Position numbers and translations under genes: made by a program. 64,000 nt of DNA from Fimicolochytrium jonesii (lineage: Eukaryota): assembly GCF_025526975.1 (NCBI RefSeq), contig NW_026515679.1, forward strand, positions 682,001 through 746,000. Direction: 5' to 3'. How positions within the stretch are numbered: position 1 is the first letter of the stretch; the number at the start of each line of letters is the position of its first letter. Below are positions 1 through 9,506 of this stretch, piece by piece. The notes under the pieces were generated by a model. The model was not told the origin of the DNA. It made no database searches and saw only the letters and a list, made by a program, of their open reading frames with translations.

Positions 1-41
1 TGTTGAGGAGGTTGTTGGCCGGAAGGATGAGAGGAAGACAT
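1..41 (-). CDS. Possible 5' end of a gene running off the left edge (MSSSHPSGQQPPQ...)
   Basis: Reverse complement of 1-41 reads ATG TCT TCC TCT CAT CCT TCC GGC CAA CAA CCT CCT CAA, open to the edge and divergent from SAR1. Too short to verify. Confidence 0.25.
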   Translation of the reverse strand, partial: MSSSHPSGQQPPQ

Positions 42-92
42 CAGGTGGTTGCGGGATATGGCGAATCCGGTGTCCCGCAACCACCTTATGTC
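37..92. repeat. 22-bp-arm inverted repeat / hairpin
   Basis: Arm 37-58 gacatcaggtggttgcgggata vs arm 71-92 tgtcccgcaaccaccttatgtc; 14-bp perfect core aggtggttgcggga/tcccgcaaccacct, 12-nt loop. Confidence 0.85.
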
Positions 93-508
93 GGTGATAC
101 TGTAACGGTTTCGAAGTTCAAGGACTCCCGTAGTGGTAGTCCATCTTCTGTTCTCATTGATGATTATTGAATTTGAGTAGTTCAGATCATGGTTTCCATT
201 CAGAAAAGATTCCAAGACCATCACAATAATATGATGTTCTGCTTGGCATTTGATGAGGGCATCTGGGACCGGAGGAAGCCTGTCGCCCGTCGCATAGTTT
301 TTGTTCAGACGCTGATGTGACCCGTCCGCTCGCACGCGCCATTTTGCGTCTAATCAAACTCAACTTTGCGCTGGATCCAGCAGCGAGCGGCCTTGTCGTC
401 ACTCGTTCCTCCCGAGAAACCCCCTTGGACGGCAACCCCCTCCTCCCAACTCCACTCTGCTGGGTACTCAGACTACCTCCTTAGAGCTAACCGACACATA
501 CACTCACC

Positions 509-1601
509 ATGTTCATCATAGACTGGTTCAAGAGCTTCCTCGCCGACTGGGGTACGTCTTCTCGTCTGGCCTCCTTACGTGTGGCGTCATCTTGCACTCT
601 TCGCATCCCGCCCCGGAATCTTCCGCTAGTCCCTAAGAGGTTCTCAACGGTTTGGGTTCTCACGTTATGTTTCTGTTTTCCCCACAGGCCTGCTCAACAA
701 GAACGCCAAGATTCTCTTCCTGGGTCTCGACAATGCTGGGAAGACGACGCTGTTGCATATGTTGAAGAATGATCGGCTTGCAACGCTTACGCCGACGCTT
801 CATCCGAGTAGGTTTTTGCGGGGTCGGGGATTTGGGAGGGGAGGAAGGAGGGAGGGAGGTAGACAGGGAGGGAGAGAGGGAGGAGGGAGGTTGTCCAGGG
901 GAGTGTGGATGGCGAAGTTGTTTGGCGGAGATGTGGAGTTCTCGCGAGCGGTGGCTATACGCTTTGCGAGAGCGGATGCGCTCTCTGAGGAGGTTTTCAC
1001 GCACGAGCGCTGGCGGGCGCTTTCTGCTTGGCGATCGATAGAGGGCAGTCGTACTATCTGTTCTGTGAGGTTCCGTCAACCTTTGCTTACCCGTTTCGTT
1101 TCGTTCCTATCCACTCAGCATCTGAGGAACTTCAAGTTGCCAACATCAAGTTCACCACATACGATCTGGGAGGGCACCAGCAAGCGCGGCGGCTATGGAA
1201 AGACTACTTCCCAGAGGTCCACGGAATCGTCTACCTCGTAGACTGCGCCGACCAGGAGCGATTCGCGGAATCAAAAGCCGAGCTTGACGTGAGTGTCGAT
1301 TACGCCCGTAAAGCGATCCCCATCTCAGTGTTGTGTACTCATCATGTCGTCTCCCGAAAAGGCCCTCCTCTCAATCGAAGAGCTCTCCAAAGTCCCCTTC
1401 CTGATTCTCGGCAACAAGATCGACGCCCGCGGCGCCGTATCGGAAGAAGAGCTCCGTCACGCGCTGGGCTTGTACCAGACCACGGGCAAGGGCAAAGTGC
1501 CGCTTGCCGACATCCGCCCCGTCGAGCTGTTTATGTGCTCGATTGTGATGAAGCAGGGGTATGGCGACGGGTTTAGATGGTTGTCGTTCTATATTCAATA
1601 A
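509..1601 (+). CDS. SAR1: Small COPII GTPase Sar1 (4 exons: 509-551, 688-807, 1119-1288, 1362-1601)
   Basis: Spliced product MFIIDWF...[38 protein letters not shown]...[16 protein letters not shown]...GNKID...LFMCSIV; GT-AG introns keep the frame. Confidence 0.97.
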
Positions 1602-1680
1602 ATCGATGCGAGCGGGTTGGAAAGTGGATGAGGTTCCTTGGTCTAGGTTTCGCGGTTTGGCATTCTCTCAGATCGGCACT

Positions 1681-2078
1681 AGGCTTGGGCTATGGGAGAT
1701 AGCGTCCCGCTGGCATGAGTCTGAAGTTCAGCCGATATTAGCCAAGAAGCTCAGCGCACCTCCTCAAATAGTTCATCAGCGGATATCAATACACGGTTCC
1801 CCGATCCACTCGACAACCGTCTACCCAACTCTATGACTTAGCTCTCTGTATCCCGCTGCGAACTGATATGTGCGCAATACAATACAACGGATGGAGCTTT
1901 ATAGGCCTGGGTTTTTGGAGATCGGGTCGCGGCACGAACGGGAAGCTTCACCGACAAGCCACCGTGCAAGCGACCTCTTTCAAATTTCGAGCCTCAACCT
2001 TTTCTCACGCATAATCCGATGGGCATCAATACATGATATAGTACACCCGATCCACTCGATTACGGTTACTCAACTACA
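1681..2078. repeat. Degenerate direct repeat, two ~150-175-bp copies (about 1681-1833 and 1903-2078)
   Basis: Shared blocks aggc(t/c)tggg..ggagat, tcaataca, an identical 14-mer cccgatccactcga (1800-1813 and 2046-2059), and tac(c/t)caact. Confidence 0.6.
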
Positions 2079-2898
2079 CAGCACCGCAATCTGAAGACCA
2101 GTCACTATCTATTGTTCTACAGTATGTACACCACGCACACCGTTCGCACTGCTGATGGCCGAGGGAGTTCCAAGGGGTATGACTAGCAAGGGGCGGTAGG
2201 GTACGCAATAGAGAAGTCTACAGTGTCCATATCCACAAGGCGTTGATGCTATCGTCATATATTAGGGCAGTGAGACCACTTTTGCCTTCAGGTTCAGGCT
2301 CTGCAGCGGAGATCTCCAAAACACCTGCGCTATTGTACTTCGCCAGATCCCGCGACAAGACCTCTTTCCTACGGATGGCACACTGCTCCGTCTCTTTGCT
2401 GAACTGTAGGTCAGATGGCTCATACCGAATCAGGCGCTCGGGCGTTGCTTCCTTCCATCGTTGGAGTATGATGGGGTGACAGTCATCGAAATTCTCGAAA
2501 TATACCTCAAGCAAGCAGATTGTTTCGGGAAGTTTCCGTTTTCGTGATATCAACTTCGGTGGTTGGGCGTGGTAACCCCGAAACGGTGTCACGTTAGGAA
2601 ACTGTTTCCAGTTTGAATTTTCCTAGAGAGTTCTTCGCGCCAACGCGAGCGTTTGCACTTGATCAAAGACAGGCCGGCTCTCGAAACATCCGAATTTTTC
2701 GGAGTGCCCTAAGGACTGTATGTGGCTTCCGGAGCGTACGTGCAGTAGACCGTGTCCGCAAGGCCGTCCATAAATGAGTGCATGGACGAGTGGGGAGGCC
2801 AAAACCCTTCTTCGAATCGTCTACCCGTCCATGATCGTATCCGAAGGTGTGATGACAGTAGTCGATCGATGGTTGTTTGAATTCGAACAAGGGTGATG

Positions 2899-2969
2899 AT
2901 CGAGGTAATTCTAGCGAAGGCTAAGCGGTTCCATCGAGGTACTTCTAGCGAAGGCTAAGCGGGTTCCAT
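2899..2969. repeat. Tandem duplication of a ~34-bp unit
   Basis: atcgaggtaattctagcgaaggctaagcggttcc followed by atcgaggtacttctagcgaaggctaagcgggttcc. Confidence 0.9.
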
Positions 2970-4189
2970 TTTCTTTGTTTTGTGGCCGCCACATCGTCGG
3001 GAAGGAGCCTGAAATCGAAGCTCTTTAACCACCGATACCGCTCCGGCATCAGAAAGAGCGCTGCAAAGAGGGAAGCCCTCTGCGAGCTGTTGCGAATGAG
3101 AATCCGATTCGTGCTGTGCTAGAGTATCGTTCCAAGTAAGGCAGACCAGAACCATCCGATGCCGCTCTGGTCCTTAGACATGGTAAAATATACGGGGTAG
3201 ACGCTCCATGCCCTCCCAGCACTTGATGATGGCGGCGGTGTTGCTTCTGGCGTTCCATCTTTAGAGGAGGAGAAGGAGATTGCCGGCTTGATGATTTGGA
3301 AACGGTCTCTTCTAGTGCTCCGCTGTGATCAGCGTCACGATGTCCCCCCAGCACCTAATCTGCCTTGACGGCGGCGGTGGATCTTCGGGCTCTGAGCGCA
3401 ATGAGGAAGAAGTGCCCGGCGAGAGCAAGCGGCAAGCGGATGGCGGGCTTTGTGATGGGCATGCGATGGATCCCATTGCTCCTCCAACAACAGCCTCGAC
3501 AGCAGTCCAAAGCCTGCCGACACTGAGGGGGCTTGAAATCGATAGTTTGCCGAGGTGACCTCAGTGCTCACCTTCTTGGCGAGGGAACTACCTACTTCAG
3601 TCTTAGACGTGCTGGCGCTTGGCGTCGGATGCCTCTCAAGCGTGCCCTGCCAAGGAAACCCACCCCAACTAGAGGAGGGTCAAGACCTTCTAATAATGTG
3701 TTCAGGAGGTGGCGAGATTTTTCTTTCTTGGGACAGCCCAGTAACGTGACAGCAATAATCCTTCAGGCCCCATCAGGAAGAAAAGGTCGAGGGAGGGCGC
3801 GAGGGTGTGAACTATGTCGCCCGCTGTCGAATTCCCGTCAGTCTTCTGGCTTTCGGACACCCACTGCCAATCGAGTCCGGACAGCACCATCGGACCATTT
3901 CCCTTCGCCTCTTCTGCTCGCTGTTTTCGTCGCCATCGTCCATACCGAAACTCTTGATCGACCTGCCTTCTCCCTTCCTCCTACCGTTGACCTCTCCTCT
4001 CCAACGTTGTGGTCCAGACAGCACACGCCACCTCCCGCTCGTGCGGACGTGCATCCGCAAAATAGTCGAAAAGCGCGTTCCTACGTAACCAAACCCGCTT
4101 CCGCCATCGAAGTCGTACTATTTCCCTCTTACTCGCTAAACCCCACAAAGTCTTTCACCCAGCCATCCGCCCTCCAGGTGCTATAACAG

Positions 4190-5146
4190 ATGCTGTCCGC
4201 TCAGTCCAGCGCCAAAGCGTCCTCCGCGACGACGACGACGACAACCCATCCCCAACACCAACACCTCAAAATCCAGACAGAATCCAAACACGATATCGCA
4301 TACCTCCGTGCCCTGCTTGCCCAGCATGCGCTAACCGCTGTTGACTCGCACTCAAACCCGCAACCGAAATCGAAACCGCAGAGTGGATCCAACGCTGGTG
4401 CCACGCCCGCGCCGAATCGCCCCCAAAGGACAAGTCATACTACGGCCGCACCGCTCACACCCGCCCAAATAGCAACCCTCGAAACACATATAACCCACTG
4501 GCTCAACACAACATTTGCCCTTGCATCACACTCGATTCTCATCAATGGGATCTCCTACGCCGACGCGCACGCGCCGCTTGTGCCGGAGTACGAGGCTGTC
4601 GATGAAAGGTTGAAAGCAAAGTGTGAGGCGGCGGAAGCGCGGGTGAGGGATGTGACGGCACGGGTTGCGAGGTTGAGGAGGGAGGTGCCGGGGCGGGTTG
4701 GAAGGATTGTGGAGGGGTTCTTTGCGGGTGGTGATGGGTTTTCGGAGGAGGTGGTGGAGGGTGATGAGGGTGTGCAAGACAAAATGGATGTGGACATGGC
4801 GGAGGACGAAATAGAAGCACACCCACTCCACCAAACCCAACTCCTGCCCCATTTCAAGACTATGCTGCCCCGCACTCTCACCATGCACCCGCAGCTCGCT
4901 CGTGACTTACCGGCGCTCACCGCCAAATTGGCCCGTGCGCAAACTGTGTTGAACGATCTCGCTGCGGCTTCCAATGCTATCAACAACAGCAATACGAGCG
5001 GCAGCAATGGCAATAGCAACTCCAATACCCCGCATTCATCGCCGCCGCCTACCCGCCCTGCATCTAGGGTTCCTGATGACACGACGAAAACGAACACGCT
5101 GACGCCACGTACGGCGCGTACGGGATTGTTGGAGGTGTTGAAGTGA
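4190..5146 (+). CDS. NSL1: Kinetochore Mis12-complex subunit Nsl1/Mis14-like, intronless, 318 aa
   Basis: Mis14-type segments LKIQTESKHDIAYL, SILING and EYEAVDERLKAKCEAAEARVRDVTARVARLRREVP, plus a C-terminal LTAKLARAQTV coil. Confidence 0.75.
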   Translation: MLSAQSSAKASSATTTTTTHPQHQHLKIQTESKHDIAYLRALLAQHALTAVDSHSNPQPKSKPQSGSNAGATPAPNRPQRTSHTTAAPLTPAQIATLETHITHWLNTTFALASHSILINGISYADAHAPLVPEYEAVDERLKAKCEAAEARVRDVTARVARLRREVPGRVGRIVEGFFAGGDGFSEEVVEGDEGVQDKMDVDMAEDEIEAHPLHQTQLLPHFKTMLPRTLTMHPQLARDLPALTAKLARAQTVLNDLAAASNAINNSNTSGSNGNSNSNTPHSSPPPTRPASRVPDDTTKTNTLTPRTARTGLLEVLK

Positions 5147-5969
5147 AGGAAATTACAATGTCTGGTGATGGGATGAGGATTGGGTGTAGAGAGGAGAGGT
5201 TGGCGGTTGGTTATGGGAGAGAGCGAAGACGCGGAGATGGAAGAGATGTTGGTCCATGATTGGGCCAGTGGACGCTTCAGGGGCTTTTCTTTAATACCCA
5301 GTTTTGTAATGTGCGGGGGGCGTCGTGGGTATGTCATGTGTTCAATAGAAAAGTATCTGGCCGAAATCGCCGCTTTGCGTTCCTTTTGATTCATTCCTTT
5401 TGCTCCCGACACACATCGACACCCGAACGTTTGCACATTCTCGAGAACACAAAACTCTGAAAAATTGAGCCCCCGATTCGATCGCAGCTAAAAAGCTACC
5501 GAAGTTCACATGTATCTACGTAGCTGCTGTCACCGCTCCGCTTGATGATAGTTACTTTCCGCAAGCGGAGGGTGTCTATATGTGCGCACGTCGTCATACG
5601 AAAGCGGATACTGACAGGGGAAACCAACGTATGCCTCCATCAGTGGATCTCACTTGCGATGCAGAAATATATCAGCGCACAACCCCCTCCCCTCGCTCGA
5701 ACATCACCACCAGTGTAAATGGCGACGATTCCGATAGGCTGGGGTAACGTTCGAGGACGTTTCCCAAAACAAAAACCGGGCCTCAATCAATCGACGATGT
5801 GACACTGCAGACGCCCCCGAAGCCGTCGATGGGCATGAGAATGAATCTCGCGGGTTGGAAGGGATATTACTTCCCTCCTCGTTTACGACGACCAATCTAT
5901 TCATTTCATTATGCAAACCTGCGGCCAAAGACATGAACGCGTGAGGTAAACGCGTAAGGATTGCCGGAT

Positions 5970-5999
5970 GGGGGGGAGGGGGGGGGGGGTGGGTGGGGG
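5970..5999. repeat. Poly-G tract (G-quadruplex-capable)
   Basis: About 30 nt almost entirely G, interrupted by single A/T bases. Confidence 0.7.
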
Positions 6000-6297
6000 A
6001 AGTCGAAACATATACGCCAAGGAGACCAGTAAAGCAACAGCAACGCATATATTGGGAGAAGGCGTGCGCTTCTACTGTATGTACAGGCCTAATGTTCCGT
6101 TCTACCCTAAAATGTACAATCGAAGAGTGGGGGGGCCACCGTTGCAGCGTGGTGATTGATATTGTTCGTATCCCCCATGGTTTGCCGTATCTCCCTACAT
6201 TTCTATACTATCCCACAGAGTGCGGCATTGTAATCCGCACCTCCACCAAAGGCGACGGCTTCCTTCCCTCTGCTCTGCTCTGCTCTACCTCCGCGGC

Positions 6298-9000
6298 TCA
6301 CATCGCCTTTATACGCTCGCCGCGCACCACCGCGCGCCTCCTCCGCTCATCCAAACTCATAGCCTTCCTCATCTCCATCGCGATCGCAAACGTCAACGCA
6401 ACCACCACCCCATTCCCAATCTGCCTCGCCTGCTCCGCCGCCGTTCCAAACAGGATCCAGTTCAGCGGTAAACCCTGCAGCAGCATCTTCTCCAGGAGAT
6501 TCAGCTTGCGGTTGAACAGCGGGTGCGCGTCGCCTTTTCGGATGTCGCAGGTGATCGTGCCGAAGGTTTGCCCCGCCTCGGCCCACCGGGGGCGTTTGCA
6601 CGGGTCGAAATACTCGTTGGCGGGGATGAGACCGGCGCGTTGGAGGTCGTAGAAGGATTCGCCATGCTTGAGTAATGGGATCCATCGTTTGACCTTTTCG
6701 GAGAGGGGGGTCATGGCGACGGAGGGGTCCTCGAACTCGTTGTCGGCGATATTCGCTAGCGCGTCTTTGGGCGCGGGCGCTGCAAAGAGGGCCGAGGTGG
6801 CGTTTTTGTATTGATGCGTTGGGATGGGGGCTGCGGGGAGCGTGCAGCACGACGGGGCGTAGACGAGGAAGAGCCGATTTCGATCCTGAGGGACGCCAAA
6901 CGCCGCGCTATTGCATTTGAATTTGCGCACTTGGTATTTCGAGAGGAGCAAGAAGGCCTGGTATGCGGCGAACGTTCGGGGCTGCTTGTGTTCGAGCTCG
7001 GGCACGTTCTCCAGCATCCCGTAGTGCGCAGGGAACGCTTCCAGGATCTTGAGGGAGATGTCCTGCATCAACGAAGTTCGGTCGAATTCGGATTTTTCGC
7101 AGTCGGGGTTCCGGTTGAGGTTGCTGTTGTGCGTACAGGGGAATGTCGTGGTGGCTACGCCGATCTGCGAGGGCAAACGAATCTTCTTCAGGTGGATGTC
7201 CCGGAGAACTTCGGAAAAGTCGCAACCGCCGTAGGGCTTCTCCTCGGTCGTCGAGTCTCGCGCGTGCAGGACCTCCACGCCGCCGGGAAGTTTGGAGTTT
7301 GCGACGTTCGCCTTCAATGCGTAGGGGTCGTTCTCCACAACCCACTTCTTCGTGAAGCCCGCGGATTCAAATCCACACCCGGCGACCCCCGCACCCGCCC
7401 ACAGCTCGCACATATCTTCATCCGTTCTCGCGATTGGATACTGCTGCTCAAATTGCGGGTACTTTCTCGCAATGTCGTCGTCGGGGTGAACATGTGCCAG
7501 GCCTCCTTGCGAGGTCAAGTAGAAGCGGAAAAAGTGCACATAGCGTGGATGCGCGCCGTTCTTGTACTCCTTGAGGTGTGCCGGGACGCCATCCTCGCTG
7601 TCGTTGTACTGCATTACAACCGTCCTCAGATCATAGGGGTCGTCGACTGTGGCGCTATACGGAGCCGGTTCCAGCACCCACTCGTTCTCGAACACATCCG
7701 AAGGCTTCAGATCTTCTTTGCCGTGGCATTTGCACTTGAATTTGCGTCGTGGCCGCCGGCGGAGGTGATCTCTCAGTGGCGAGAACTTGTATCCGTGTAC
7801 TGTGTGTCCCTCAATCTCGGTTACATGCATGAGCGTCGGGCGTTCGTCGCCGTCATGGATGATCATGGTGGCTGGGAGCTCGGGGAGTTCGCGGCGGAAG
7901 ACTTCTTTCTCTTTGTGGTGGTAGTTAACGTATGCATGTTCGTCCTCAATGTACCGGTGCCGCACCCAGATTTGATCGTAGTCGTCCGGACATCTCTCCG
8001 GTAAACGGTGAACCCATGCCTTCTTGATGATGGTGTCGATGGGAATGAGCTCTCCATCAGGGTAGCCGTCGAACTTGTCCGTAGCAAAGTACCAGCGGTG
8101 GTCGCTGAACGTCTTTTTGCAAGCATCCTCATCGATGTAGTCGAAGCGTTGACGAACAGGATCGTCGGAGTCGTCGTCTTCGTTGTGTGCGGGCCCTGCA
8201 AACAAGGTCTTTCCGATGCTTGTTTCGCCAAATGGTATGAATCGATTCAGCACAACGCAAGGACGGCCTGGTGCGCCTTCGAAGAACTTATCGATGACTC
8301 CGTATTCGAGTCCTCGTTGCGGATGGCAGAGAACGACATGATCCCCTCGTTCATAAGGCTCTTTACGATGATGGTGCTCAACGAGGATTTTGGTGAAGTA
8401 GTCGACGCCTCCAACAGTCTCGAGCTCCCCTTGCCTCCAATAGGCCCCGCGCAATCGTCTGGAAGGGAACGACAATGGTTGTCGTGTTGGGATCTTTAGT
8501 AAGCGGCGATCAGGACTCGCAAGTTCCTCCCAATCCAACCCGCCAAGCTTGTCATACGCATTAAACACCCAGGCGACGGTCGGATCCAACACAACATGTT
8601 TGATCTCCAGCGGCTCCTTCTCCTTCCGCATCGCGGCGCTGAATATGTCGGCAAAGCGGAGTTTCGCATGGGGTTTGTCGATGTTCCAGTAGTGATCCGA
8701 AAAAAATCTGATCTCCCTGTACTTGTCTCCAAGTCGTTCTTTTGCAAGCCGATGGATAACTTCTCGTTGACTGATAACGAACAGAAGCGGTGTGGGGCAG
8801 TTCAAGCGTTCGAGTTTCTTGCGGACGATCGGCTTGTCGCACCACCAATTGAGGACAAAGCAGAACCGTTTTTCTGGGTGGCATCCTGCCATGTGGATGA
8901 GTTTCAGAGCGACCTCTTCGATGAGCCGAGCCTTGTAAGGCTTGCGCTCGGGTCTCCCGGCTGGGTGGCGCCGTGGTTGTGTTTGGCGGATGGGGGCCAT
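6298..9000 (-). CDS. DNA (cytosine-5) methyltransferase with N-terminal BAH-like domains, DNMT1/Dim-2-like, intronless, 900 aa
   Basis: C5-MTase motifs in order: I ELWAGAG, IV FPC, VI YGMLENV, VIII FGVPQDRNR, LPAAPIPTH, TFGTIT, IX HP..RKL..E...QGLP, X RQIGNG. BAH-like YERGDHVVL...YGVIDKFFE...RFIPFGET upstream. Confidence 0.9.
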   Translation of the reverse strand: MAPIRQTQPRRHPAGRPERKPYKARLIEEVALKLIHMAGCHPEKRFCFVLNWWCDKPIVRKKLERLNCPTPLLFVISQREVIHRLAKERLGDKYREIRFFSDHYWNIDKPHAKLRFADIFSAAMRKEKEPLEIKHVVLDPTVAWVFNAYDKLGGLDWEELASPDRRLLKIPTRQPLSFPSRRLRGAYWRQGELETVGGVDYFTKILVEHHHRKEPYERGDHVVLCHPQRGLEYGVIDKFFEGAPGRPCVVLNRFIPFGETSIGKTLFAGPAHNEDDDSDDPVRQRFDYIDEDACKKTFSDHRWYFATDKFDGYPDGELIPIDTIIKKAWVHRLPERCPDDYDQIWVRHRYIEDEHAYVNYHHKEKEVFRRELPELPATMIIHDGDERPTLMHVTEIEGHTVHGYKFSPLRDHLRRRPRRKFKCKCHGKEDLKPSDVFENEWVLEPAPYSATVDDPYDLRTVVMQYNDSEDGVPAHLKEYKNGAHPRYVHFFRFYLTSQGGLAHVHPDDDIARKYPQFEQQYPIARTDEDMCELWAGAGVAGCGFESAGFTKKWVVENDPYALKANVANSKLPGGVEVLHARDSTTEEKPYGGCDFSEVLRDIHLKKIRLPSQIGVATTTFPCTHNSNLNRNPDCEKSEFDRTSLMQDISLKILEAFPAHYGMLENVPELEHKQPRTFAAYQAFLLLSKYQVRKFKCNSAAFGVPQDRNRLFLVYAPSCCTLPAAPIPTHQYKNATSALFAAPAPKDALANIADNEFEDPSVAMTPLSEKVKRWIPLLKHGESFYDLQRAGLIPANEYFDPCKRPRWAEAGQTFGTITCDIRKGDAHPLFNRKLNLLEKMLLQGLPLNWILFGTAAEQARQIGNGVVVALTFAIAMEMRKAMSLDERRRRAVVRGERIKAM

Positions 9001-9131
9001 TGCGTGTGGAGGGTGCCATTGCGCGTGGAGATGTCCGAAGGGACTGCTCTATGTGCGCTTTTTTGTGGGGGTGGTCAAGGCAACGCGCGGCGACTGCGAC
9101 GACCGACGCCTGCACTTATGGTCGCGGTGCA

Positions 9132-9172
9132 AGAAGCGTGCGTCCACGTGACGCTGCCGTAGTTTATTGTTT
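9132..9172. promoter_or_regulatory. 41-bp dispersed element, copy A, containing E-box CACGTGAC (9145-9152)
   Basis: agaagcgtgcgtccacgtgacgctgccgtagtttattgttt; 36/41 identical to 12983-13023; 132 bp upstream of the DNMT ATG. Confidence 0.7.
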
Positions 9173-9506
9173 CTCGTCCCATGCGTCCCACCGCTTGTCC
9201 TGACGGTAGAGAGGGGAGAGGGGAGCGTGTTGTCCGAAAGGGGCGGGCGGACACGCGGCTCTCAGTGGCCATTCGCCCCGGATCAGACAGCGACCCGTTC
9301 AACCCCCCCAATCAGTATTCTCCATCTGCTTGTGATCTCACCCCACAACAGCATATCGCCTGCCGTACATATCTAAAACATCACGTAAAAGGTTTCACTC
9401 GTCGAGTACCTTACCTCGTGCGTTTGCCCAAGCCGAGGATCTCTCAACCCTTTGCGGATTAAGCACTGCATCCCACTTCACACCCTCACCTCACACCCCG
9501 CCCAAG

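Noticed and set aside
5541..5625. Hammerhead ribozyme
   Set aside because: Core CUGAnGA is not present in the required arrangement with GAAA and stems.
6811..8004. 397-aa plus-strand ORF
   Set aside because: Antisense shadow of the DNMT reading frame; no motifs of its own.
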